Shown: in pieces, positions 14,236-29,300 of the stretch
Numbering within the stretch: position 1 is the first letter of the stretch
Layout: each line of letters opens with the position of its first letter
Source of the DNA: Paraspadella gotoi
Taxonomy: Eukaryota; Animalia; Chaetognatha
DNA length: 64,000 nt
Direction: 5' to 3'
NCBI GenBank assembly: GCA_051294375.1
Contig: CM119263.1
Coordinates: 12,565,723 to 12,629,722, forward strand
Translations under genes and position numbers: made by a program
Notes under the pieces: generated by a model
What the model saw: the letters and a program-made list of their open reading frames with translations, nothing else
The model's database searches: none
What the model was told of the DNA's origin: nothing

Positions 14236-17200
14236 ACTACCGACCCACCTCCAGATAGACAGGCGGCATTAAGTTATCGACGTCAGGAAGACTGAATCCG
14301 TCGGAGCGGAAATTTCGGTCTGCACCGATCGAGACGTCAATTTCGGGGAGACGCGTTCCAAACCGGAAATGTCGCCGGCGTCGTCCACGGTGGCGGCGCG
14401 AGTAGCGCCGACCGACGCTCCGACGTCGGGAACGAGCGTCGTCCATTTCATGCAAAAGATGCCTGGTGTACATGGGGGGTGGGGGCAGTTGAGCGGGGAG
14501 GCAAAGTGAGCGGGAGGGAGGAGAGGGGAATAGAAAAGAGCGTCTGTAATGACTCACACGCCTCTAGCCCCTACCATATCTTGTGGAGCCTCCCTCTCTC
14601 GTGGCCACATTGAGTTTGCCCGGAAGAGGGTGGACGCGCGTTACTGAGCGCCAACTCCGGTCGTCGACCTGCGACTGTTTATCCCTGGCGCCTCTCGAGC
14701 GGCGCGGACGCAGCCCGCTTTTGAGTCGGAGGCTGGCGTCGATCGTCGCCGCCGTCACCGTCTCTGAAATGACGGGAAATCTTCAATCATCTCTAATCTA
14801 GCATTTCCAACTGCCATAGATAATCATCATCATCATAATCATCATAATAATAATAAATAATAATCATATCATCATCATTATCATCAATAATAACGATCAT
14901 CGCTATCGTGATCTTAATCATCATCAACATCATCATCATCATTATTATCATCATCATCTTCATCATCATCATCATCATAATCATCATCATCTCACCCCTC
15001 TGCCTCCCGACGACGAGGGTGTGCACGAGGCGTTGGCCCAGCGCCCCTTGTCTCATCTGCACGTTGTCTCTCAAGTATCGAAGCGGAGGAAGAGAGTGAG
15101 AGAATTGTGAACCCCCTACAAGGGAAGTGAATAAAAGAAGAAAAGAAAGAGGATGAGATTCCAAAACTCCTTCACGCTCGCGCTTTGTCGTCCTCCACCT
15201 TCCATCCGTCCCCCGTGAATGAGGAATTCCTGGTTGACGTTGAACATCCTCCTCCTCTCCAGAGCCGAAGGCCGCTTGAACAGGGCCTTCCAATCCGTCG
15301 ACGCCGCTGCCGACGCAGCGGACGCCGCTGCCACCGAGCCGATGCCGACTGGATTAAAGGCAAGGTAGTAATTAGTAATTAACATAAAAAAAAGAGCATC
15401 CATTTTCTAATTATGACGCGCCGTTCTGCGTCGCGCCTCGGTCAACCTCTTCGTCGACTCCTCACGGAAGATCGCCTCTCCGACAACAGATCGACGACGT
15501 CCTCGTCCTCCTCCTCTTCTTCTTCTTCTTCGTCGTCTTCGTCATCGTCGTTGGAGGAAACGGCTCGATCGCTCGACCCGAAGTCGAAATCTTCCAGATT
15601 CATCTTTGAAAGGCACGAAAAAATGTAAATCAACGAAGAATGGCGCCGGAACTTTCGACGAATCAATGTTATGATTGAATTTATAAATACAAGAATACAT
15701 CAATAAATAGATAAACAAAACAAAAAAATTAAACGGTTAATCAATTAAAACGTCCATCAATCAATAAATTAATCAGTCCATAAATCAATTAATCAGTCCA
15801 TAAATCAATGAATAAGTCATAAATCAATCATTCAATTATTCAACCTGAACCAACAAACCTGCCACAACTGCGTGGGGTAAGGTGGTGCGGTGGCACCGGC
15901 GTAAGGCCTCACGGTGAAGGCCTCGTTGGGGAAGACGGGCACAAAGTCTTTGAGTCGCGCCACAGTAACGGGTCGTGCAGCGTCGATCATCGACTGGGCC
16001 GCGTCAGAGTCTCGCGTCGACGAAGTGGCGCTCCCGACGCGCCGATAATAACCCGCCTGGAAGAAGGCCTTTCTAATTTTTTTAGTTTTCCTAAGTTTTT
16101 TTTTTCCGCACTAAAGCGGGACAATTCGTAAGACCAACGGCGCGCACCGCCCACCTTACCTTTTGCTTCGCCCTCTGTTCGGCGACGGTGAGGACGGCGG
16201 ACATTTGTTGTCCCCTCTGGGCGCTCTTGCGTCGCAGCAGCTCGCGCTGGACCTCTGCTTCTGCCAACTCCCGCGAGAGGCGCTTCTCCCGCAAATGCCG
16301 CACGATGGCGTGGTAGTCCTCCGCCGATTCAGAACCTTTCTCTCGTTTCGCAGCCGTCGTCGTCGTCGTCGTCGTTGTATTACTGTTGCGAGCGAGAGAA
16401 GACGCCTCTTGTCTGGGGCCGGGAGTGGAGCGCGACGAGGTCGAAACTGATTAAAAATTTTGGAGATTAAGTCGGTGAAATGATAGGACGATATATTTAT
16501 AAATGATTTGAGAATGGAAAGAAAGTGTTACGATGATTGGTTGTATTCAAGGGAGAAAAAAAATTCCGGTCATCTAACCTATCAAGCGGATTCTTCGATG
16601 CTAAGGCTTTGCTTTGCCATTTGCATCATAGTTTTTCTCACCTGTTAGGTGATACTTGACGTCGCTGGAATCGGGATGTTTCATCGAGATGTTGCCTGTG
16701 TCTCCGTCCAAGGTGTTCAAAGCCACCATGCCTGGGTTAAAATACGAGAAAGCCAACGAGTTTTAAAAGTTTATGACGATATATCCTAGAGAAAGCAAAG
16801 TATTTTTGAAAAATTGCATCATGACGATATATCCTATATTTTGCACCTACCAACGCTTCGTGAAAAACTGAAGGGGGGCGTTTTCACGTATTTTCCACCA
16901 GCTAAAAAAAAAGTTGAAGAAAATTATGCAAATGCGGAACGAACGTCGTAAAAAATAAAATATATAAATAATGTCGAACTTTATTTTGTTAAAAACTTAT
17001 TTATTTTTTATAATTTCGCCTCACCTCCTGCCGACTTGAGTCTGGATCCTCGTTCCGCCTCCCACTCCAGACTAGAGTGGCTGGCCGGAGTGGCGGTTTC
17101 GGCGCGACGTTGACTACACGCGCGACAATCGGCCGACGCCCGTGCTAAGAGTTCTCGAAGGCCGGGAGCCGAGCGTGCGGGCGAGGAATCTTAAGCAGGG

Positions 17201-20200
17201 CGACAAGGATTGAATACCATTTTTTTTTCTATGGAGACATTATTTTACTGAAACTAATCCCTGACGCCTATTTTTTGTTCTCGCTAAACCAGCTTTATTC
17301 AATATTTTAATTAATTACATCAGACTAATTTTGCGAGGCTAAAATAAAAGTATTCCCTCCCCCAACAAATAAATTCACATTATTTTATAAATGGATCACC
17401 CTCGTTTCTGTCGCTCCGGATTCTTCTCCCCGCCCAAGCCTTCGACGGTGACATCGCCGTCGGGGTCGCGGGAATCAGACCAGAAGAGGGCGTTGGTGAC
17501 GAAACGTGATTGGGGTGATGTGCGTGAAGGGAGGCGTGGTTGTCGGATGTGGGCGTGGCTTCAAGGGGACTAGGCTGATCGAGTCCAGAATCTTAATGAA
17601 AAGTGAGGGCGTGCATAATTATTTCCATGAATATATTTCCAACAGCGCTGTAATAGCGCACTGGGCTAACGCTTCATCTCGGAACCCAATGGTCCCGGGT
17701 TCTAGCCCTTGATCGGAACCTTGTCTCTTCTCGGTTACTTCGATGGCATCTATTACAGTATTAGAGATAAAAAAGTTTTAGAATATATCTTATATTTCAA
17801 AACATGGAATCCATTTCAAATTAACTTTTCGCAATATATTTATATTGATTATAAAAAAGTTTTTTTTTCAAAATTACATTTTTTTGTTCTTTTGAAATTC
17901 TAAATTTTCACCTTACAGCTCAGTAATTTAGTCTATCTTCATTCTAAAAATGAAAAATGAAAGTTAGAAGAACAAAATATTTCTTCTTTCTCCCAAGTTT
18001 ACCGTTTGGGTTTCCTTCCACTCTTTTGTTGACGTCCGGAAGCTGCACTGGAAGCGATACAGAGGCCGACGACGTCGACGGCACCGCGCAACGCCTAACC
18101 CAAAAACGGAAGTTGTTGCTTGTTGACTTCTCAAGAGACATACAGGCGAATGGCGATCTTACCTTTGCTTTTCTGCGCTGAACAACGTCATCATGCGGTT
18201 CCTAAATTCTTTGGGCCTGAAATGAAAGAATACAGGTTCGAGATACATAGGATCATAAATTTAGACAAAATCATTCGAAATAATAAAACGAAACGTAACA
18301 TATCCTTATTATCTATAATAATTTTTTGATTGCGTTGGATTAGCAGTTCGAGTTTTTATAAAGTTTCAAATCATCTTTTGCCGAAAGATTTTTACAGTAA
18401 AGTAATTTTCCATATAAATTTACTTAAAGACGATTACTCGTTTAAAAGTAAGCTATGCTAATTTTTGTAAAAGTTCAAGACTCACGGTTGTTTCCGCTCT
18501 TTGATCTTGCATTTGTCTTCTGGTTTTTGCGCTTCAAAATCAGATTGATAATCTTCGGAGAATCCTTTTCCTCTCATACTTCCTCCGAATGATCCTTCTG
18601 CTCTTCTTGCTCTTTCCTCGGAAACGTCGGAATCCTCGCTTTCCTCCGTGGTCGCCGGCATGGTGCCCCCAAACCTGAAAAAAAGATGTACACGCCCTTA
18701 TATATTTCTCCAAACTCTTTTGACTTTTTTACTCAATTTGTATATACTAACTTACCTTTTCGGCCACTTCCTCTATTGATCCACAGCGAAATGCTGTTCC
18801 CAATTCGTTTTTAGACTCACCTCACAGAGGATCTTTGCTTTCTCGCTTTTTCCTCCCTTTCTTCTCTTTTTTTCTTTTTTCGCTGGTTTTTCTTGGTCAA
18901 CTGTCGACTGACTCGCGCCAAAATTGACGACGACTTTTCAACATCGGTCTGCGAAAATTGAAAATAAAAATCGGCGCTGTTAATCAAATTACACGATGAT
19001 CTTAGTTATAACATTTCTTTAATTTTCTTTAGTCGTAAGTTCAAATTGAATTGGTTGATTCTAGTTACACATGATTTTTATTAAAATAATCGCCTTATTG
19101 CCATTTTCGAAATATAAAATAGACCAAATACTTCGCTTTCAAAACTACATGACAAATTCTCGAGACAAACTGTCTCTTACCAATCAAATCAACGTCGAGG
19201 GCAAAAGAAGATGTAGAGAAAATAAGTTATAAATTATGAAGAAATCTCTTGGAAGAGGAACAGAGAACGGATACAACTAAACGAATTTCACATCAAACTT
19301 ATTCAAAATTTTTCGACGATTAATTTCTACAAGTAACAATTTTTTCCTTTGACAAGTATTTTGTGTACTCCTTATCTTATAGAACTACGCGAATCTTAGC
19401 GAACATTAACAATAAGAAGAGTATCATCTATCTAATGCTATCGCCAAAACTAAACTTTGCATGGAAAATCACTAGTAAACACTGGCAATTCCTTTTGCAT
19501 CACTTGAGTCTGTGTTGCTTGTATCGCGTTAGTCATATAATCACTCGTGTCATCCTCGTTCACGAAAATTTATATAAGCTTCTGGAAATTTACCAAGTAT
19601 ACTGAGAAATATTAATTTTTCTATTCTCATTCTCTATGCTCAGCGAGTCAGCAATCATTTCATGTCGTTTGCCCAATATATTTACATTCGCTACTTTTAG
19701 ACAGTGAGTTACTATTTTTTTTCCCTGTTGTTTTCGGTCCCACCCTGAACAAATTCCGATTTCTTTAATTGTGAAATATCCTGACACCTTGCTTTCGGGT
19801 TGACAATCAGCTTCAATAGACGTCGATACAATTTTATTATCGATTCGTGGGAAACATTATTTTAGTCTGTTTTGACTCCTACCTTGCGACGCGACATTAG
19901 AACCTATTTCAACGTAATTATCGTTAAAAATTGTTTGGCGGACATTTTTAAGTGTAGTTAAAAAGCCCATTACAAACACTGATATAGAGAAATTATCGGA
20001 AGAACGGAATAAAAGACGGACGCAGGCCGGAACGAAATATATTGGACTAACCTGCCAAGTGTTTAGAATATTCCTTTTACGTTTCAGGGCCAATATTCTT
20101 TCTATCCTAGTTATGACGGAAGAACCTGTACGAAAAAGAGAGACGATTATACGGCCGACGAAAAAAAAAAAGTCTTTTGTTTTAAATTAAAACCTGGCGG

Positions 20201-20307
20201 TCCAACTACGTCGCTATTGTAGCGCTTCATCAATTTTTCCCTCACCGTCGCTGCGTCATCGTCCTCCGTTTCAACTGAGAAAAATAATAATAATAAAAAT
20301 AATAATA

Positions 20308-20359
<52 letters not shown>

Positions 20360-23300
20360 TAATAATAATGTAATATAAAGAGTGTACGTCGAGTTAAGAT
20401 CAATGAAACTAAACTCTAATGAAGAATATAACAAAAACAAAAACTAAGCAAATCACGAAAGAATAACAAATTAACAATACATCGAGAAAAAAAATAATGA
20501 AACAAAAACATCAACTTAACGAAAGTGAGAATTCAAATAAACTTCAACATCTTGACAAAACTAACTTTCTAAATCTGTAGTAAAGAGGTCGTGAAAACAT
20601 TTGTTCTTGTCGCTTCTGTCGTTGATCCAAGTTTTAACTTGAGGTACGTGCTTGTCGACGGCGGGGAAAGCTTCCTTTTTGTTTTGAATCTCGTCCAGCA
20701 CTTCGTCCTGGTAAGAGATATATCATCCAAATATTAATCGAAATAAAAAGAATAACAATAATAATATTAATCGCTTTTAAAAAAAATTAACAAAAAATAA
20801 CCAGATAGTGCTATATCAAAAAAATGGATCGGAAATCAAATAAAATTTCAACAATCACTCTATTGTTTAGTATTTGAATTGGTAAATTAAACGGTGAATA
20901 AATCATTACATCAACATTAAATAAATCAAAGCGAACCTCGACGACGTCGAAAGGTTTTAGTAGTCCAGCTCTGAAGAACATCGCGATTAGAAAGTCTTGC
21001 GTTTTGATTCCAGTCAAATGTAAGAGGTTGTCCATCGCCTCCTTTCTCATAGTTTCCTGGTCAAAAGAGTCTTTCTTCTTGACAGTGAATATAGATAAAT
21101 GTTAGTATTATGATTAATTAAATGATTAATTAAATTGTGTTTTTGCAGTTACTGTTAGAAAAGTTATTAAGATTTCATGGAACACGAGTTCGTTTAGGAC
21201 TGACTTTGAGATTTCAACAATTTTAATTCATACCTAAGTTTTATAATTTTTAATAGTTTGATATTTTTTTAATTCATGGCTATATGAGCTGTCTGTCAAA
21301 GCGGCTTATGGCCGTCCTCACGCCAACTGAGCTATGCCCGATGCAAAAGAGAATGATCCTTTACAACATATTTAAAAAATCGATTCTTTATTATGCCTTC
21401 CCTCCTTGTTATTCCTTGCCTTTTGTGAGAGGAGGTGATGGGATAACCCCTTTATGACCTCGCGCGAGTCCATCCCCAGAGCTCCTAGCGTTCGAGCTGC
21501 TTGACAGCTTTTCAAAAAGAAAAGTGTAAGATGTACGGGTTAATATTATTTCATTGTGAACTTTGCAATGTGACGTTATTATTATAATCATTATTATTAT
21601 AATTATATTATTATTAATTATTATTATTATTACCTTATCGTATTTCCAAACCGGTCGCAGTCCAGTAACGGTATCAGCAATGAACAGGTTCGGGTCATAA
21701 TGTCTTCGTCGATATGAAATTCCCTGTGATCAAATTGAAGAGGAATAAGATCCATTATCCGACTTAACCAAAAGTTAAACAGCCGCGGCCTGAGCTACTA
21801 ATTACTATTATCCATGAACTTCTCTTTCATTCCCACCTTTTAATTTCATTTCGCATCCTTCTCCGGATCTCGCGACTTACTTGGATATTTCGACGACATA
21901 TTCCATGATGCTTTCGTGACGCTTGACGTTCGGGTCGAGGTCTAAATATCGCAACAGGATAGACAGGACAATGGGGAGTTCCATAGAAACGCTTTTGGGA
22001 AACCAGGGCTCCGCGTAGAGCCGCTGCATCACGGCGGGGAGCTCGGCCAGTTCCTCTTCTGTCGGGCCAGCACCTGCGAGATGTGCTCATTCCCTTACTT
22101 CCGTTTGGAGTTGGCGGAATATTTTAATTTTCATTGATGTTATCGGTGTTTATTTTAAAATTTTTTTGCTTTGTTGTCACGTTGAATACATATACTACCT
22201 GTGGCGCCGCCAGCTGATGTCTCGCCATACATTTGTGCCTAAAGAAAAGAAACTCGTTACATCTAGAGTTAAATTTTGGTCGAATGATAATGTTTTGCAT
22301 CTCTTTCTTAGTAACCAAATTTGAGAGTTAAAGTAGGTCCATCATTTTTAGTCAAACTGTAGACTGTTTCATCTGAACTGTTGTTCACTGACCTGTTGCC
22401 CCGTATTCGATTCTTGTATTGTCAATCCTTCAGAGGCTCCATTCGCCGTGGCGTCATTTTTTGAAAACCGAATCATTCGCGACATCACCTGGACACCACT
22501 AACGGCTGCTTTCCCTAGAGTTTGATATGGGGCATTGGGGAAAGAAAGGACAACAGAAACCAGTGAAAGGAAACAAAGCTTCGTTTGTGACACGGAAATA
22601 AAAGAATAAATGCGTTTAAATACGAAGATGGCGAGTTTTATCAGAAATTTCAAATTTCTTGCAAATTAAGGAGGTTGACCCTTTTGAGTTTGAATGAAGT
22701 TTCTTCTTTAAGAAAAAAAAAACCTCGCCAGACCTGTAAGTAAACTTCTATTATGTTCCATAGAGTATAGACGTCGTTAAGAAAGCAAAGAGGAATGCAA
22801 AAAGAAATTTACATACGGTCAAACAAACTAACTGATAACAGGGACCAGAAATACGCATTTGCTAATTAAAAATGGTGACTTACCGACTCTCAATTTAAAA
22901 CTAGCGCCTTGAAAAATAGAAACAACGTGGTGTTAGTTAGTTTACTAGATTTATTACTAATTTTTTTTAGCAACTGCTGTGTTTTGTGTAGGAATTGCTC
23001 ACGTTTCTACAGATTACCATTTTGCAAAACCTTAATTCAACAAAGCAGTTACGGTCAGACGTGCCCGTTGTAAGTTTTAAGAATTGCTAAATTGAAATTA
23101 TATTTTTGTTTGCATTAAATAAAAGTGTTTTATCTATTAATAAGAGCAGATATGTAAACCTTTTCACTAGTAATACAAATTCTTGTAAATATTAGTAGAA
23201 TTTATATATCTTTATAATTACGATGGTAATAATGGTACGATTTAAAATTTCAAATAGTTTTTTAGTTAGTTGTTAGTTTTAAAAGTATAGTTTTAGTTTG

Positions 23301-26300
23301 GACTTTTTTGATTTTTTAACTACTGACCACTTTTGGACGATTTTTCGCTAGAATGACTTTTGGCGCTGCCGAGGCTGACTTTGCCAGAGGCGGAGTTTGT
23401 TTCGGTCGGAGATGGGCGGACGCCGGACTTGGCAGACCCGGCTAAACGATAAGAGCCGCGGGAGCGTAACAAGCGATGATATTGGTTATAAAATAAAAGG
23501 TGAATTGATTATAACAACTTTTGCGTAATAAAGATTTTTATGAATAAAGACTTCGGTTCCATTGAGGCGGACTATTATCAAGAAGCCAAAAATACTTCAA
23601 GTTTAGTAATAAGCTTTCAAGCTCTATGACCACCGACGTCAAAGATGTTCAGGGACAAGTTTGTAATCGTTTGAAGGTTCCAGATTGAAGAAAAAGGGAG
23701 TAAATAAATTCGCATGCTTTTTGTTAACGGAAGAGTAAGGATTTGATTAGTGCGTGAAGTAAATTGTGCGGGAATAATTAACCGTCGCTAAACTGACTTT
23801 GCGATCCCGCGGGCCTCTGCACATTTCCAAAAAGTTCCTTGTTCAGAATTTCGTCTGCCTCGTCGTCCAAATCGACTTCCTCCGGTTCCGAGTCCGAAGC
23901 GAGCCTGGCCATCAGTCATGGGTCAACCATAGCAATCGTTTCATCTTTAAACTTGAATGATAAAACCTTATCGCAAACGTGGACGCATTAAACTTACCTG
24001 AGCGGGAGCGCCCCGCTCTGGGCCGAGTCTTTGGACCGGGACCCGTTAGAAGGAGAGGATGGGTTTTGGGAAAGAGGTTTTCCGTCTGGACCCATCTGCA
24101 GAACAAAGGAAACGAGTGCAAGACGGATTCTTGTGAGGAATTCGGATTTATTTCTTTTCTAGAGGATCTATTATACAAAGTTACAAACTATTCCTAACTC
24201 TATATTTGATGGTCGGAGTTAACATAGATGGCTGACTTACCGGAAGCAACGAGACTCTGGGAAGGGTTTGAGAATATCCCGGATTGGCGCCTGTGGGGTT
24301 CGAGAGTCCACTTGACGCTGCCAGAAAGTCTGAAAACTCCGCGTTTAGCAAATGCTGTTCAAAAACAAACAGGCTTTAAGAAGGAATATCTTCAGTTACA
24401 GTTAGTTTTCTTTTTGAATTTTTTTTTTACACTTTTTTACATTCATTATGTACATATATTTAAACAGTATTTTGATGTTGTTGTTGTTTAGTTGTTTTTA
24501 TAGTTTTTTCTGCCAAAAACTTCATAATTGAATCTACGTATTTTTATTTTTAAATCGGAAAGACAAATTTAATCAAATGTCTTTCCTCAATCAAACTCAT
24601 TGCCTACCACAGATTGCCATAATAAGCGATATAATTTTACCTTTTTGATAAAAATAAAAGTATTTAGAAAATTATCATTTGTTTCATTTTATATAACTTT
24701 TACTTTTCTATTCGTTTGATGTGGTGTTACATACTATGTGGGAAAGCCGTAACCAAAAAAATGTAGTTATTTACCGCTGGTATTTGCCAAGAACTTTCCG
24801 TCTCAATCAATTCTGGTTGAACAATTTCCACCGTTTTCGGGAAGAACAGGTCTCGATAAACTGAGTTCGGGATGTAACCTGAAATAAACATAACCTTACT
24901 ATGTAACTGTAATACTAGGTCCAGAATCACGTTTTTCGAGGCTTTTTCGTGTTATATTTTCTATGATATCGGTTTACGCTACATAGGTTTTTTTGGTTTA
25001 GTATCCAGTAAACAAAAACCCAACCAAACCTGGAAAGGTTACAAAACGGTCGTTCTGAAGCACCTTACAAGGAACGACAGTAGTGACGATATAGAACGAT
25101 GATGAAATGAATAACGAAAATATTCTTTAAAAAATTAATGTATAAAATTTTAAATTGTTATAGTTAAAAGTGTTTAAAATTAGCTGGTCGATAAATAGTT
25201 TACGTATCTCGTAACCTTCCTTTTTGTATTTTCGTCGTTATGCTTTAAAATATTTAGAGTTTTACTTTTTTGAAGGTTAACATGAGTTTAAGATAAGTGT
25301 CATTTCCGACCCCAATTGTGGCACGACCTTATAGAAGGAATGAAAGAATCTATATCGCATGTTATTGAAGCTTGTTTTAAAGAAACCTCCTACAGCTGCT
25401 ACGTATAAAAGTAGATTTAAATCAAAATTATGTAGCTAAAAATACAGTTCTCGACAAAATAAAAAAAAAATTCATTAAGACACTTTATTAAAATCAAATA
25501 AACGGGTTCAACTACTAGGACAAAGTAAACATAAAAAAATCGTTTCCTTTGCCAAAATAAATATTTTGCTATCGTATCGACAGACTTCTTCATAATGAAA
25601 TATCCATAGATTATAATCAAGTTTACCGCACTTGCAATGACGTGAAAACAAATTAAAAACATTTTTTTTGGTCTTAGACACGTCACAGTACGAGTTCTAT
25701 AGAACCCAGTTGACGATTCCCTTTCGTTCCCATTCTTCGAAATATTTGTGTTCGACGACAACGGACGCCGCCCAAGAGACTTCGAAATTTGGCGGAGATC
25801 TGTGGTGGTAGTAGAGGAGTCGCCCTCTGCCGAGATCGAATCCGTACAAAGTGACCGAGTCGCAGAAATGCAACGCCAATATCGTTGACAAGAAGCCTGA
25901 AAGTAGAAACGGCGGCTCGGAATATCAATCGCACGTGAACGGGGATGATAATCGATCGATAATTAAATTAAATTAGGAACTGTACCTGACGAAGGCCTGA
26001 TTTGTCTGTCAGCGGTAAAATTTTTGATTCCGAGAAACTCATGCGCGACTTCTTGAACCAACAAAGGATTGATCACGTGAAAATCCCTGAGAAGAATTCG
26101 TGCAGATAGAAAACGAAGCTTAATAAAACTGTTTTATATTTTTATATTTTTCAATTTTTTGAGGGTCAATTGTCATTAATTACTTGGCCTGTTTTTCAAT
26201 AAAGTTGTCCCCGAGCAGTTTATCCCAGTTCCGTTTCTTTGCTTCGAAAGCCTCGTCTTTTAATTCATTCCAATTTCGCCGATGTTCTTTTGTCAAATGC

Positions 26301-29300
26301 GACTCTCCAGATAGGGGCGCCTCTGGGGGTAAAATGGCAAACAAATTCTCTGCGTCTTCGTCTTCAGTTAGGAGGAAAACGACTTGGTATCCCTTGTCGG
26401 CGTCTTTCAAGGAGTGAGGGTGATTGAGAAAGCGTTTGAGGGCTGCAAAAAACAAAATCTTCATTTCTTTTGCCTGGACGAAATTGTTTAAAACTTTGCT
26501 TAATCCTTATTGTTCTAAATTTTTTTTCACCAAACCCGAATACCTTTAGGCGAAGCAAGATAGACGCTGGTCCTTCCGCCGACTTCTTTCTCGAATCCTC
26601 TGGTCGGCGCCACGCCGCTTCGAAAGACGACGCTGTGAGCGTCGATTTCTGGTCCCAAACCGGCGCCAACGAGAGAACCACCTACGCCGACGACGGCGCA
26701 AGTCAAAGCTTTCGTGTCACACTTGCAACGCGTACAAGCTCCGGTTCTGGCGCGCGTTTTGGCCGCTTCTGTGCAGTCAGCCGGCGGCGCGTCGGAAAAA
26801 ATATGGTTTATTCTCGACCGGAAATGATTATGATTATTTCGGGCGGCCGTCAGCAACGGTAACCTCTTTGAGAACGACGCCGCTCTAAGGTCGAAGACGA
26901 ATCCGTAAGGGAGCGGCCAATGTAAGTGACGCTGGATTTCGCGGTTCGACGCCGATTCTCGTGAGATGTCGTTCTTCCCGGCGTCAAGAGCGTCGAAAAA
27001 CGGCGCCGATTTGAGATTAATGAGGTTCTTGCGCGAACAAGCGCACGGTGGAGTTTCGACGACGATCGCCGAGAACCTTTTCTTATCTCGAGGCTTTTCG
27101 GGAGCCTCGACTTCTATCCCTGGTGCTTCGGCCTCGACGCCGCCAGCCGGTCGAGATTTCTTTGGTTCTCCGGGAGCAGAGTCATTCAGAGATCGGGAAA
27201 CGTCTGACAGGAGCATTATAATCATTTCAACAATGATGACGAAAGTGAGGACAACCAAGCAAAAAGTTATGGAGCGACCTCCTATCGTCAAGCTCCACAT
27301 TCTCCGCTTCATTTTAAAAGTTTAAATGTTTTCTTTTTTAGTGATTAACTCTTCAAGCTTTAAGGTTGAAAATTTTTTTATCCAAATTCAATGTTGAATT
27401 TCCGAGTTTGCATGCCAAATTTTCGGGTAGCCAACTTGAGTTATTCCATGACAAAAGGATCGCGCAAAGACACGAACGGCCAAAGGAACAGGCCGATCTC
27501 ATGTCAAAGTTTTTACCGATATACAAACGGCCGATGCCAGCGCCGACGCATTGCCGACGCAGCGTCGACGAGATGCCCTCGAGATCAAAGCGTGGCCGGA
27601 GAAAACACAAAAGCGCGAACCCTGCTTGAACTTCAAGCTGAAGTATAGCTGTCGGATTTTATTTAAAATCCACAGGAAAACAAACAGAAGAGCTTATCTG
27701 AATAAATTCGATCACTAAACTTTCTGAGGCAGAATTTATTACTGAGTTTAAAAACTTTGTCGCATTTTCAGAATGGGTTCAATCTTGCTAAAGGTCCAAA
27801 AGATTTTGTTTCGTTTCGTTCATTTCGTTCTTTATTGTTTCTCACTTCCATTTTTAATTTTTTTAGTTGCTCGCGAGTGAGCAACTCGCGAGTACTCGTA
27901 CTGTCCGTCTGTTGTCTGTCCTACATATATTTTAATTGCTCATAACTTTGTTAATACTACATCAATTAGGTTTATATTTTGTAGAAAGTTAAGGTACCAT
28001 TATACCTTTAATTCGCTATGTACATATGTATCATTCTTAGGGAGTTGCGTGATCACCTTAAAACATGATCATGAAAATTTGCAAATTACTTGTTTCACTA
28101 TTTTTCATTTTTCTATTTTAATATTTTTATGAAGGATTTAGTATTTAAACTATATTATTTATTCAAACATATATTGCTTTCTTTTTTAAAAAATGTTTTA
28201 TTTATCCAACAATTCTATTTGGGAAGGGGAAGTCAGTGTCATATAACTATAAAAAGGATATTGTATAACTTATAAAATACTGAATATTTTTGATTAATAT
28301 TTATCAGACTGGTAAAGTACGAATAAATGCTTTTTTTTATATAATCATTTGATTTTATGAAATAATATCAGATCATTTTACAGTATATGCGGCATATTCA
28401 TATAAAATTTGGTTGTTTTAGTTAAATCTGCTATGTTATTATCTTGTAAGTGTGATGGAGGCCTTAAACCACCAAAGTCTGTCAAAGTCAGGGACAAGAT
28501 AGCTTATTTATTAAATGAATGGATAATTTTTATATTGGTTGTACCAATTTCATATATATTTTGTAATTATATGGTTGAATTGTTGGTTGTACTGTTGTTA
28601 CCTTTTCTAATATATGTTTACATTTAAAAAAATTATTTGAGGTTTTTATTATTGTTATACCTTCTTATTCTATATTTGTTGTTTTTCTTTTGTTTCTTCG
28701 CCGCAAGATTATAACTTTACTTTGCATCCATTTACATTTAAACACAGAAATGATCCTAACGATTAATAGCGAGAATAAAAAAGGAAAAAAAGTTTAATTG
28801 AAAAACATTTAAAAAAAAATCAATTTCTGATTTCGAGCAATCTTCACGACATTTAATAGGTGACAAAAGGTAAAAAAAATAAATAGTTTAGTTACCGATT
28901 ATAAGAGAAATGTATTAAGTGAAATTTATTTGAATTTAATTATTGACTAACGTCTTTGGCGATGAGCACCAGTTTCACATCTCTTCTTCCTCTTTTTTTT
29001 TCCATCATTTCTTTTTCGTTTTCTTTCTCATTTTTCTTCTCATCTTGCTTCTCCGTTTCTGAGGTCGAATTTAAAAAAAAAAAAAAAAAAAAAAAATAAA
29101 TAAAACGAAATTAAAATTCAACATTTCTTTATTATAAAACCTTTTCGAACTTTTCATATCCACAAATTTTAAAATTCTTCAGTATACGACGATATTAAAA
29201 TAAAATTAAAGGTGGAATAGGATACACGATACGCGGAGACGTCAACACAGAAGGCCAATAGTTGAAAACAAATAAAAAAAACAAATTCTGGCGGAGGTTC

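Noticed and set aside
14793-15099. Poly-Met/Ile ORFs
   Set aside because: Intronic (ATC)n microsatellite.
17645-17720. Functional tRNA gene
   Set aside because: Acceptor and anticodon stems do not pair.
21315-21345. tRNA-like TAGCTCAGTTGG on the minus strand
   Set aside because: A-box only, no B-box or cloverleaf.
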